DNA from: Macrostomum lignano
Lineage: Eukaryota
DNA length: 64,000 nt
Direction of reading: 5' to 3'
Assembly: GCA_002269645.1 (NCBI GenBank)
Contig: NIVC01001997.1
Coordinates: forward strand, 1-64,000
The position numbers were made by a program, and so were the translations under genes. The notes under the pieces were generated by a model that was not told the origin of the DNA, made no database searches, and was given only the letters and a program-made list of their open reading frames with translations. This document shows, piece after piece, positions 1 to 12,018 of this stretch. The first letter of the stretch is position 1, and the number at the start of each line of letters is the position of its first letter.

Positions 1-1416
1 CTTATTATCAAAGTGCTAGGTTTTTCTATCTGAAAAAAGCACTTGTCAAAGCTATTGCTAGTTTTTCAACCAAAAAGATACCTTAGATGTGGATCTCTGA
101 GTTAAAGAAAGCTAGAGTGAATCATAGTGTATTCAGTGAGATTTGTAGTTTTCTTAGCCAGCTATAACATGCAACTAACAGCAACAATATCAATACTTCT
201 GTTGTGTCTGAGACCACTAAAGTTATTTATGCCCATATCTTGTGCAACATTCTTAATGTTATAAAACACTCAATCTCATGGCAAATTTTCATTCTACTTA
301 ACTACTTGACAAAACTCGACTCAAAAAACTCAGCTTGAGTTTGTCTAGGCTCTACTGTATAGCTAAGCTTATGGAGCCAATTGCTAGACTCAGGGTGTAG
401 CCAAGGGGGTCATGGGGACATGACCTCCCCTCCCAGCCAGCTGATCCAGGCCAAATTTTCAGGCCCCTCCCCCATTGCAAAGGCCTAGCACCCCCTGCCC
501 CTGGTTGCTGCTGTGAGCCTGTGACTAACTGTGACCCCCCCCCCCCCAGAAGGAAATCCAATATGCTAATAAATAGCAAATATGTTAACTTATACAATAC
601 TTCAAATTGTCAATTTTGAAACATTGCTATTAGACTAGTGTTTTCAATTTTAATATTTAATTTTAATTAGATGCAGTTAAAAAATAAAAAGATGTTTATA
701 TATCTAAAGAACAAAAACAAAACTTGTGCATTTTTGTTAAAATTTCAAATTTTTACTTTGTAAAAAACAGGGAAATCAGTTCTGCATTAAATAGTTATCA
801 AATTTTATATTTATATATACATAGAAAAGTATTGTGATTATTACTAATGTAATTGTTTCTTTTTTGGTGCATGGTAAACACCAAAATATTTTATACTCTG
901 GATCATGTTGGATGCATGCTAGAATATACACCAGGGAGTTTTTTGTTTGTACACTTATTGAATGTCATCCTCACCAATTAAATGCTATATACACCATTGA
1001 CAATAATTAAGAGGCCTACAAAAAAGCAAAAAATATATGCAAACATATGTTTAAAAATGCACAAGAAATTTTAGAAAAAATTTATAACTATAGGCATTAG
1101 CATAAAACTATTTTTTAATAATTTTTGGTAACAAAATATTTTTCTCTTTTCTAGTAAAAATAAATAATATAAAGTAAACTTAGTTATTTTCAGAAACTCA
1201 AGACTGTCCTACTATACCCCTATAGGAAAAAGTTGTAAAACTGCGGATGGTGTCCGGCGCAGTTTTGAAATTTTTCTAAAGCGCAGCGCACACACAGGCG
1301 CAGCGTCTGCGCGCGCTGCCCTTTCTTACTGGCTACTGCTCTAGCAAATACATATACATGGAAATGGGTATAATACCTCTGTTGAAGGGGCTTATACACT
1401 TGTAATTTATTAAGCT

Positions 1417-1729
1417 TAGAGATGTTCCGAAAATTCAATTTCAATTTTCCAAAATTTGAATTTTTTTAGAGCAAATTTCAATTTTGAAAAAAAAATTTAG
1501 AAGTGAAAATTTTGGTTGTGTCGAAAAAGTTGCTAAAAATAAACTACTTTCTACTACATATACATGTATTACTTTTTGCTTAAGCAGTAAATTGAAAGTA
1601 AAAAAGTGAGTGTTGATGATACTAAACTTTGTTTTTCTGAATTATGATTTCGGGAAATTTCAATTTTGATTTTGGAAAGTTAGCGAATTTTGATTTCGAC
1701 GAAACTGCAGATCTTTCGGAACATCTCTA
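1417..1729. mobile_element. ~313-bp MITE, hAT-like
   Basis: Perfect 16-bp TIR TAGAGATGTTCCGAAA (1417-1432) / TTTCGGAACATCTCTA (1714-1729). The 8-bp flanks ATTAAGCT vs ATAATCCT match only 5/8, so the TSD is not proven. Confidence 0.75.
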
Positions 1730-2408
1730 ATAATCCTAAAGCGTGGTAAAATAGTTTGACTCTTTTCTAAAGCGCATGTCCGGGTTTTTAACATTTATTC
1801 CAATAGGATACTATACAAGCATACTATACCACATTCTATGCCATCAAGCTATTACATAGCATAGTATATGACTATGTTATATATCCAAATGTAGGCCAAA
1901 CACTTTAGCCAAACTTAATGCATGCCAATATATACATTTTTTGGATAAACCAAATGCATACTAGAATTTTCTAGAATAATACATACTTTCTAAAGTAAAG
2001 AAAACTTTAAATGTATATACTAAAAAGCCTGTAATAATTTTTATATCAATATATACACCAAAATTCTCAAATATACCCTGGAAATTTCTGGCATATATGC
2101 CTCTTGCCTGACTATAGATATATAAATATGATAAAAAATGATGTGTTAATAAAATTATTAAAAAATTAAATGATAATCTTCTATGTCAACAACTAAAGAT
2201 TGCAATGCTAGGATCCTAATCTCAAATCATTTTAATTTAAATAAGTTGCAATCAAATTATAAATTTATTTTTTCATATAGGCCTCCATTATATATAATAA
2301 AACTATTGCTTTTTCTTTTGTTTGTATCTTTTACTTTTATATACATCAATTAAGTTCAATTGTACATTATTTTTGCACTGTGCAAACACTGCAAACTATA
2401 TACTCTAT

Positions 2409-2717
2409 CATACATGCGCAACAGTCAGCCGAGTCGGCCAAACCGGCCGACTGATTTGGCAGCCAACCAAGGAAGTTGCAAAAATGCCCATCCAAAAAGT
2501 AGTACTTACTACTTAGTAGTAGTAGTACTAAGTAGCTGATGAAGCATTTTGGCCTTATAAGACAGTCATAGTTACTCCTGTCATTTACCCAAAATTGCCT
2601 TAATTTTGCTTTAGGGTTTTTTTACATGTAAGTTGCATTTTTGGCCAAAAACTATGTAGCATTTTTGTTAAAACTAAGTTGCATGGCTGACCAAATTTCG
2701 GAGGTTGCGCATGTATG
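2409..2717. mobile_element. 309-bp hAT-superfamily MITE, copy 1
   Basis: Perfect 14-bp TIR CATACATGCGCAAC (2409-2422) / GTTGCGCATGTATG (2704-2717). Perfect 8-bp TSD TACTCTAT (2401-2408, 2718-2725), the size typical of hAT. Internal AAGTTGCA repeats. Confidence 0.9.
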
Positions 2718-3907
2718 TACTCTATTCTATAGCTAAAGACAAGTTAAAGTAAATTACATAAACATAATTAAAAGGAAATTATAATTCTTGCAAAAACAAG
2801 GAAACCATAGTCCCAATTATGCTAGGTATATGCCTGAACAAATATTGAATAATTACAAATGCATGCCAAAAAAACTTTTTGCATGCCCATTCCTAATACT
2901 ACATTGGCAACAATAAATGACATTTTTTGAATTGCATTAAAGAACCTGTATGACAGATAATTTGATTGACTTTCATAGTTTTTCATTGATACTATTTATG
3001 GTAGAAAATTGATACATGCAGATTTGTTTAAATGCTTAATTACAAGCTTAAAAAACCAGGAAAGCTTGAAATTTACATTTGGAAAAGGATTTTTATCTTT
3101 TATTCTATTTAATACTAACTTTTCTATATGATTCTATAAAGTGCACACCAAGTGTTCATACACACTATTTTCTTAGGAGTGATACATGCCAACTATGCAT
3201 ATCTACTTTTGGCATGCAGGGCTAATGCATGCCCAATTTTTTGGGCATATACTATATATAAAATCTACAACTAAATAATCAAATGATAGATAAAACAAAG
3301 TCAATCTAAAGGAAAAGCTTATATGCATTATAGAATAGTATTGTATCAAAAGAATTATCCAAATTATATACTAGTTTTCTACCATAAGGGGAGGTCTATA
3401 TGCTATAGCTAGCTATAAACAAAACTATAGCTTATTCTAATTATTTGTATTCTATAGCCATAGGGACCCCAATATTACTATATTCCCTTCATTTGCATAG
3501 CCATAGTTTTAACAAGTTTAAAAAAACATTAAATTAGAAAGATAGCCTAATAACAACTGCAAATAAAAGTAGAAAATAAAATAAACATATGATTGCCTTT
3601 TAAGATTATATTTTATCCTTTTTATAAAGTAATTTATAGAGTACTCTTTTTTATAGAGTAACAATACTTAATCACTACTGAAAGTACTAATGCTAAACTT
3701 TTTAATATTTATAAAAGCTAGAGTTTGCTAATGTTTTATTGTACATTATTAGGTATAATCTATATATAAGTTTTCAAGTCTATAATATAGTCTACCAAAG
3801 TATCTAGTTGTTTTATTCTACTTGTCTTGAATATTTTTATTGTTTTAAATTAATAATCTATAGCTATGGAAATCTATGGAATTTAAAACAACTACCATAT
3901 TTTTAGT

Positions 3908-4221
3908 CATACATGCCCAACTTCAAAATTTCACCCATCTGGTGCAACTCAGTTTTGTCCAGATTTGCAACTTATTTCCTCTCAATTGCAACTTAGTTCC
4001 CTAATTGCGACTTAATTTTCACTTTGTATATGACTTTTCTTGCTTTTTTCTTTTTTTCTCTTTCTTTCTTCTCTTTTCTTTTTCTCTCTTTCTTACTTTT
4101 TTCCTTTTCTTTTTTCTCTAATTTTTTTGTTTTTTGCTTTTTTGATTTTGCAACTTACCTTGGCTGGCGGCTATTTCACCCATCTGTTTCAGATGGGTTG
4201 GATGGATGTTGGGCATATATG
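3908..4221. mobile_element. 314-bp hAT-superfamily MITE, sister of 2409-2717, opposite orientation
   Basis: TIR CATACATGCCCAAC (3908-3921) / GTTGGGCATATATG (4208-4221), 1 mismatch. Internal TGCAACTT/TGCGACTT repeats. Aligns end-to-end with the reverse complement of copy 1. TSD degenerate (TTTTTAGT vs TCCATAGT). Confidence 0.8.
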
Positions 4222-6439
4222 TCCATAGTCATAGCCATAAAAGCAGCTATCTACTGTAACCATATTTGTAGTTGCTAAAGGCACCTATTTTACCATATTT
4301 GCTATAAGATCTTATAGCCATAGCTATAGCTACGGTAGAATACCATACACAAATATTTTCCCTTATAGTCAAAAAGGTAACATTTGAAAAGGCAACAATC
4401 ATATATTTATTACAATTATAAGTTTATATATATTAGACTTTTAGACTTTAGAACATAAGAATGTGTTCATAATATATTTGATAAAATTTACAAGTAGTTA
4501 AAATTAGACCTAGATTTGTGTAGGCATATTTGGTAACCTTATTAAAATTTACCAGTAGGCCTGGCAATAATATGAATTTGTGATATATTTTATGATTCTT
4601 AGCCAACAATTAAAAAGCTTTATGAATATTGATCAACTAATAAAAAGGCAAAACATATTAAAAGATGAATATTGACTCATTGAGTCTAGACTAAAACAAT
4701 AATAACTTTCTATGTTGATAATGAAAACTCACTGTCTATATTATTATTTTTTTAAAAAAACTGCCTTGTAAAATATTCTAAGAAATAGGGTTTCCCATCC
4801 TTTGATACCTAAGTAGTCTTTGGTATATTACTTACATATAAAATGCCAACACAACTCTAAGTCTAAAATCTACATTTTCAACAAAATTCATTCTAACAAA
4901 TATACATCTTGACATGCAAGTAAAAAAAATGTAGATTTGTAACTGTTGACTGTCACTCTTTGGACTATTGCCCTTTTGACTAATGTCCTTCTAACTATAA
5001 TATTGCCTTTTTGATTTGTTCTCATTGAGGCCTAAAGCCTATAATAGTACAGCTAAGCAAGATTTCATTTATATTAATGGGTGCTTTACTGCTTTGCTAA
5101 GAATGCTGAATGCTGACACACTTACCAGCCTTTGTTTAAGAATAATATTGTTGTGATGAGCTGAGTTTAACAAAACAAGAGTGCATTTTTATCATCTTTT
5201 GGCCCAAGGCATCTTTGACTATAACTTAGAGTCTACAACTCTACGCCTAGACTAGTCATAGAGTTGTAAAAAAACCAAAAATACTAAACAAGTCTAGCCT
5301 CTAGCTAGTTAGGCCTAAATATTAAATAAGTTATTAAACAATGAATACGTTAAAAACCATTAGGGCCTAAAACATTCAAAATCATGATAGATAGGGCTTG
5401 GATGCCTAGTAGACATTTTTACGAAATAGAATAAAGTAGACTAGAGATAACAAATTCAAAACTTACATTTTTTACTGTCTAGGTTACTAGGCCTGCCTAG
5501 GCTCTAGGCTTATCTTTGACAAGCCAGTCAATCAGATTAGGCAAGACAAGAGAGCATGCATTCAATGAACTAAAGAAAGACGAATTTTAGAATTAGAAAA
5601 GTATATTTGGACTACTAAATTGAAAACAAGAAGGAGTGGTAATAATATATTATCGTTTAAAACAAATTTTAATTTTTTACTGACCGAACTGTGCAGGATT
5701 AAATTGGCCCGCGTTGAGCATATTCTCGACCTATGATTTTAAAACGACTTTCAAAGTAATCAAACAATTTTAAAGACTAAAAGATAAACAAATTTTTAAC
5801 TGCATGCTTTCACACGTTAGTAAATAGCAATTAATTTTAATTGAAGTTATCTAAATAAAAAATTTAAATTATTTGATGCTTCATTGTTAAAATTGGTCAA
5901 CTTTTTCATTGCTATTTAAAGTAAACACAAAAATAAATATTTCTAAGAAAGAGAAAGTTCTAAAGAATAAAGATAGTTTAGGCCTAAACTACATGAAACT
6001 GCAACTAACAAGTTTTATTTAGCTGAGTTGTCTATTAATTAATAAAAAAGGATTATGCTCATTTATATATCTTGCAGCTGTTTTGATATATTCCTCGTAA
6101 ATTTGGCCTCAAATCTGAAATCATTCACGGACTTATTATTTTGCATTGTCGTCTCGTAACTCGTCTTTCATAATAATTATATCAGTGTATGTAGGCCTAG
6201 TACATAGATAATTTAGGGTCGGTGAAAATTCCTTTCGAAGAAACACTTTGTCAAATTTTAATCAATATTTTTCTTCTGATTTCAGTATTTAATTTTCATC
6301 TGTAATATTCCACTGATAGTGATGTGATCGGCCTAGGCTTATCTTATTTAGGTCAAATTAAAGAAAAACTTGACATAAATGCCATTCCCCATGTTTAGTG
6401 GTGCAGTCAGAAATTTATTTCGAGGGGACCCATTGGTGC

Positions 6440-7206
6440 GCGGTCATTTTGTCTGCCACTTTTTCATCTGCTGGCAGACAAAACAACTTTTTAAAATAAG
6501 CAGCAAAATAAGTTTTATAAATGGCTGAAATTAATTTATAGAGTATTTTTAATAGTTAGAATTTAATAGTAATTTTCAGATTTAGAATTAAATGTAGTTT
6601 TTGTATTTTTTATTTTGCTTATTGCAATGTTTCCAAGAAATACAATTTTTCATTTATAAGCTTTAATTGAATCTACATAGTGAGCTGTGAATGGATTTAT
6701 AATTTGTGCACGTATAATGGGATTTATAATTCTTACTGCCATTATACACTTTTACCATTTTCCGCCATTGTGCATTTAGTGACAGGTATTCTTTTATACA
6801 GTAATATGTACATTTTTACTGCCACTATACACTTTGTGTATTTGAATACACTGAATTTTCGGTATTGTCCAATACAAAGTAAACAAATCCTAATAAATAA
6901 AATAATTCTAACTTGACTAATTGCTTTTGAGCTTTGAAGCTTTGAGACAGTTAAGAGATAGTATGGCATGCCATATCATGACGAAAATGCATTGAATTTG
7001 TTCAATTGCATAGTTTATTAAATATAAACAAAAATATTTAGAAATTACTTGTATAGGCCGTAAGTCATCGCTACTAAGAAATGATCCCAATATCTTAATC
7101 ACTGTTATCTCAAATATCTCAAATCTCAAATTAATGACAACAACTTATTGAAAACTTATTAACACTTATTAAAACTTTATTATTCATTAGCAGACAAAAT
7201 GACTGT
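6440..7206. mobile_element. Putative non-autonomous TIR element (~770 bp)
   Basis: GCGGTCATTTTGTCTGCCA (6440-6458) is the inverted counterpart of TAGCAGACAAAATGACTGT (7188-7206), with 3 transitions. Extra GCAGACAAAA motifs lie near both ends. Superfamily not assignable. Confidence 0.5.
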
Positions 7207-7914
7207 ATTGTATTCTTGCAGACAAAAGGGTAGCAGACGAAACAACCATCAACTAACCCATTCAGCATCCTAAGCAGGGGGTATAGGGAGGAAGGATTTT
7301 TTCTAGAATTCTAGGGGGAGAGGCAAATTTCTGTTTGAACTTTTGGGGGGCTAGGTTAAATATTTAATATGGTAGATATTTTCATTTAAATTTGCACTTT
7401 TTTCTGCTAGGCCTACAACTACAATGCAGCATAATTCAATGGCCAAGTATCCATTTGCATAAACAACAAAATTTGCAGAATACTCAGTAAGTATCCAATT
7501 CCAATGCAGTAGGCCTACCCAATTATGTTCATTTGATATAGCTTAGAATTTTCAAAGAATGTATTGCTCTGGGGTAAAATCTGCTATTGGTATGCATCTC
7601 ATGGTAAATTGGTCCCCTTCTTGCACTAGAACATATATATATATATCAGATTGTGTTTTGGGCTTTGATAAGGTGCATTGATAAGGCATACATAGGGCAA
7701 AGCATTGTCTTTGAAAGAAGTCTTCCCCTTTGAAAAAAAGCCAATCTACTTGTCTAAATTAATAAAATGCCATGCCATGGAATAGACCAGATCTTTGACA
7801 TGCTCTATTGGCAATAATTCAACAAATATGCCTATACATGTCAATTTTGTACTCCTTAGCAAGCTTCAAGCAGGCCATGGCAATTGTTTGCTTCAAGAGT
7901 GGAAAAAATGATAC

Positions 7915-8145
7915 TGCACTTGATAAACCAAGGATTATTGCACTTGATAAACCAAGGATTATTGCACTTGATAAACCAAGGATTATTGCACTTGATAAAC
8001 CAAGGATTATTGCACTAGATAAACCAAAGAATATTGCACTTGATAAACCAAGGATTATTGCACTAGATAAACCAAAGAATATTGCACTTGATAAACCAAG
8101 GAATATTTCACTTGATAAGCCAAGGATTATTGCACTAGATTAGAA
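7915..8145. repeat. 24-bp tandem array GCACTTGATAAACCAAGGATTATT
   Basis: About 9 near-perfect units, degenerating to ~8330. Source of the ALDKPRII ORF. Confidence 0.9.
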
Positions 8146-8339
8146 AGGGCTATTGCATTAGCTAAGACATCTTGATATTTGGACTTGATGAGGAAAGGAT
8201 TATTGTACTAGATAAGAAAATGATTATTTCACTAGCTGAAAAGTTGATTATTGTGCTAGCTATGACATGGATTGTTGCATAACCTAAAAAAGCAATTTTG
8301 CATTTGTGGAGGTAACATTTGCACTAGCTACTTGCTATT

Positions 8340-8860
8340 GGAAGGATGCTTGCTCTCAAGGGCATGCTTGCTCCCTGGATAGAAAGAATCCCTGGATTCT
8401 TTCTATCCAGGGATACTTGCTATTTAGGGATTCTTGCTATCTGGGGGATGCTTGCTATCTGCTAGATGCTTGCTGTTTGGGTGGATGCTTCTATCTGGGG
8501 ATGCTTGCTATCTGCAGGATGCTTGCTATCTTGGTGGATGCTTCTATCTGGGGGATGCTTGCTATCTGCTAGATGCTTGCTGTTTGGGTGGATGCTTCTA
8601 TCTGGGGGATGCTTGCTATCTGCAGGATGCTTGCTATCTTGGTGGATGCTTCTATCTGGGGGATGCTTGCTATCTGCAGGATGCTTGCTATCTAGGTGGA
8701 TGCTTCTATCTAGGGGATGCTTGCTATCTGCAGGATGCTTGCTATCTGGGTAGATGCTTGCTATCTAGGATGATGCTTACTATCTAGGTGGATGCTTGCT
8801 ATCTGCAGTTGCTTACTTTTGGAGGGGGGTGCTTTCTATCTGGGGGGATGCTTGCTGTCT
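8340..8860. repeat. ~20-21-bp tandem array, core GGATGCTTGCTATCT
   Basis: Repeated core with a ~62-bp higher-order pattern. No CpG. Confidence 0.9.
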
Positions 8861-9526
8861 TGGGAATATTTTCTATTTAGGAAGAATGTCTGTTATCTTT
8901 GTAGAAGCTATATTTTGTTGTGTTTGTTAATTAAAAAAAGAGATTCATAGCAAACATCTTTGTCTTTTTTTCCAACCTTGATACCATTGAATTCAAGTAT
9001 TATGTAGCTTATATTTTTATTTTAAATGTTGTATATACAAGATTTAATTTTATAGATAATGGGACTCTGAAGTGATACATTTTGGCAATAAAAGTTACTA
9101 CCTAGTTTGAATTTATTTCCCAACCAATCAATGTGCTCCAACAAGCAAAAGCTAAGGACATGATGTGAAAGTAGTTGTGTATTATCTAAATCATTTCCAA
9201 TGCTGAAGACTAGAATATAAATAGAAATAGAAACCAATGTTGAATTCAAGCAAGAAGCTTTCCCTCAAGGCAACACCTTGAGATTTTCAACATTCAATAG
9301 TCCATAAGTTACCATCACATGATTTTATCATCAGGAAAATATAGTAAAAATCTGCCTTCTCTGTTATTACAGAGCATAGTAGTGAGAGTCCCATAAGACT
9401 GTAAACGTCCTGTGGCTACTGTTTCTAAATTTAAATTCATACAGAATCAAGACATCTGCCTGAAATAGCATTAAAATACTATTAAAACATTTGCATGAGC
9501 TTATTTAAAGGCCTAGATCTCACACA

Positions 9527-9997
9527 ATGGCCAGCACTCTTGACACCCTGCTCAATAAGCAGCTGACTGGCGATGCCGGCACAACCAATGGTGACGCCAA
9601 TCTGTCACCTCAGGAGCGCAGCATTTTGCAGCTGTACGCAGCTACAGAAGAGAAACGAGCCGTCTGCTTGCGTCAGCACGCCCAGCAGAGCGAGAAAATC
9701 ACCGATAGTGTTGTTGATTGCAAAGTGACGCTACAGTTAATTGCTAGGCGTAGAGGCGAATTGGATCGATTGAGAAGCCTACTGAACAGTAGTAGCGATA
9801 GGGACATTGGCGTGCAGCTTCGTCTATTGGACAATCGCTCTGAATGCTTGGATCGAAACGAAGACTTAACGCTGCGTCAGCTTGAGGAGCTGCGCAAACA
9901 GGCTCGGATGTTGGATGAGCAGAGACTAAACATACTGCACATGGAGGAGGTCAGGGACAGTATAATTGGAAAGTTTGTCAGCCACGGTTCCGACTGA
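9527..9997 (+). CDS. Orphan 156-aa predicted coiled-coil protein (single coding exon)
   Basis: ATG-to-TGA ORF, non-repetitive, with gene-like GC/CpG content against an AT-rich flank. Heptad-like Leu/Arg/Glu pattern. Family not recognised. Confidence 0.65.
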   Translation: MASTLDTLLNKQLTGDAGTTNGDANLSPQERSILQLYAATEEKRAVCLRQHAQQSEKITDSVVDCKVTLQLIARRRGELDRLRSLLNSSSDRDIGVQLRLLDNRSECLDRNEDLTLRQLEELRKQARMLDEQRLNILHMEEVRDSIIGKFVSHGSD

Positions 9998-10202
9998 TTG
10001 ATTCAAGTTCCAGATTGAAATATTTGCAAAAAAAGTATATGTGTATTCCAGCTTCGTCAACTGTTTATAGCCGAACACTTCTGTAAATTAAATTTCTCAA
10101 CGATATTAGCTTGCTTCCATCAAAATATAACTTCCAAATTTTCCTTTGTCTGTTGTCGTCCAAAATGTTGTCTTTGTTTAATGTTTAACCCACCATCCAA
10201 AA

Positions 10203-10605
10203 ACCTCAGTTGCTGGGCCAGCCTCGCAGATCCTCAGTTGCTGGGCCAGCCTCCCAGTCCCAGATCCTCCATTGCTGGGCCAGCCTCCCAGAGTGTCACC
10301 TGCTGGGCCAGCATCCCAGATGCTCAGTTGCTGGGCCAGCCTCCCAGATGCTCAGTTGCTGGGCCAGCATCCCAGATGCTCAGTTGCTGAGCCAGCATCC
10401 CAGATGCTCAGTTGCTGAGCCAGCCTCCCAGTTGCTCAGTTGCTGGGCCAGCATCCCAGATGCTCAGTTGCTGGGCCAGCCTCCCAGATGCTCAGTTGCT
10501 GGGCCAGCCTCCCAGATGCTCAGTTGCTGGGCCAGCCTCCCAGATGCTCAGTTGCTGGGCCAGCCTCCCAGATGCTCAGTTGCTGGGCCAGCATCCCAGA
10601 TGCTC
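10203..10605. repeat. ~28-bp tandem array GCTGGGCCAGCCTCCCAGATGCTCAGTT
   Basis: About 14 units. Same family as 47237-47770 (inverted). Confidence 0.95.
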
Positions 10606-11084
10606 AAGTTTTCCCCGTTTTTTTAAATTTCCGCTTTCACAGCTTTTCGATTTGGTGCAGGGTTCATTTTCATGTTTTAATTTTTTGATTGACAATGTTT
10701 GGCTTGCAACACAGGTAATTATCATTGTACCATAGCTTTATCGCTAGCTGCCTGCTTAAAACTATTTGGCTTGAGTCTTTCAATTTGATTAATAAAAGTG
10801 GTAGTTGTTATTGTCTTAATTGCTGTCTTAATAAATAGCGAAATTCCTTAATTATTGTTGTTTTTACGCTGTCCTTCATTTGCCGGAGATTCGGAATAAA
10901 ACTAATTAAATAAAATATTATTTTGACTTGACTTTTCATTTGGTTAATAGCGTGTGTTTTGTTTCAGCAACTGTTTTATTTGTTAATCTTTTTTGTTTTG
11001 GATGACTTCATATTTTTGGAAAGTGTCCGATTCTGGGTTTAATTTTTCCTCCTTAATGCTCAAGTACCCCTTACTTGAAGCCTC

Positions 11085-11975
11085 TTTAAGGATTAGAGTC
11101 TCCTTAATGCTTAGAGTCTCTCCTTAATCCATAGAGTCTCCCCTTAATGCCTAGAGTCTCTCCTTAATGCTTAGAGTCTCTCCTTAATGCTTAGAGTCTC
11201 TACTTAATCCTTAGAGTCTCCCCTAATCCTTAGAGTCTCCCCTTAATGCTTAGAGTCTCTCCTTAATGCTTAGAGTCTCTCCTTAATCCTTAGAGTCTCC
11301 CCTAATCCTTAGAGTCTCCCCTTAATGCTTAGAGTCTCTACTTAATACTTGGAGTCTCTCCTTAATCCTTAGAGTCTCCCCTTAATGCCTAGAGTCTCTC
11401 CTTAATGCCTAGAGTCTCTCCTTAATGCTTAGAGTCTCTATTTAATACTTAGAGTCTCTACTTGATGCTTAGAGTCTCTCCTTAATGCTTAGAGTCTCTC
11501 CTTAATGCTTAGAGTCTCTCCTTAATGCTTAGAGTCTCTATTTAATACTTAGAGTCTCTACTTGATGCTTAGAGTCTCTCCTTAATGCTTAGAGTCTCTC
11601 CTTAATACTTAGAGTCTCTATTTAATACTTAGAGTCTCTCCTTAATGCTTAGAGTCTCTCCTTAATGCTTAGAGTCTCTCCTTAATACTTAGAGTCTCTC
11701 CTTAATGCTTAGAGTCTCTCCTTAATACTTAGAGTCTCTATTTAATACTTAGAGTCTCTCCTTAATGCTTAGAGTCTCTCCTTAATGCTTAGAGTCTCTC
11801 CTTAATGCTTAGAGTCTCTCCTTACTGCTTAGAGTCTCTCCTTAATGCTTAGAGTCTCTCCTTAATGCTTAGAGTCTCTCCTTAATGCTTAGAGTCTCTC
11901 CTTAATGCTTAGAGTCTCTACTTAATACTTAGAGTCTCTACTTAATGCCTGGAGTCTCTTCTTAATGCCTGGAGA
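11085..11975. repeat. 20-bp tandem array TTAGAGTCTCTCCTTAATGC
   Basis: About 44 units by length. Confidence 0.95.
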
Positions 11976-12018
11976 TTCCTTCCTTCCTCTTGACATTTAA
12001 ATCCGCAAATTTGTTTAA

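Noticed and set aside
1-340. Decayed + strand reading frame (YYQSARFFYLKK...)
   Set aside because: Two in-frame stops, truncated by the window edge, and no family recognised.
389-550. hAT-like terminus CAGGGTGTAGCCAAGGGGG (also similar starts at ~6396 and ~7275)
   Set aside because: These resemble decayed CAGGGGCGTAGCC-type ends, but no matching opposite TIR or TSD was found.
2509-2535. CTACTTAGTA-loop-TACTAAGTAG hairpin as a Helitron 3' end or terminator
   Set aside because: It lies inside a TSD-flanked hAT MITE and is low-complexity (TAG/CTA)n-like.
4731-5580. Minus-strand coding exons of a leftward gene (donor-like sites at ~5461, 5121, 4730)
   Set aside because: Splice-like signals are present but no phase-consistent open chain could be assembled.
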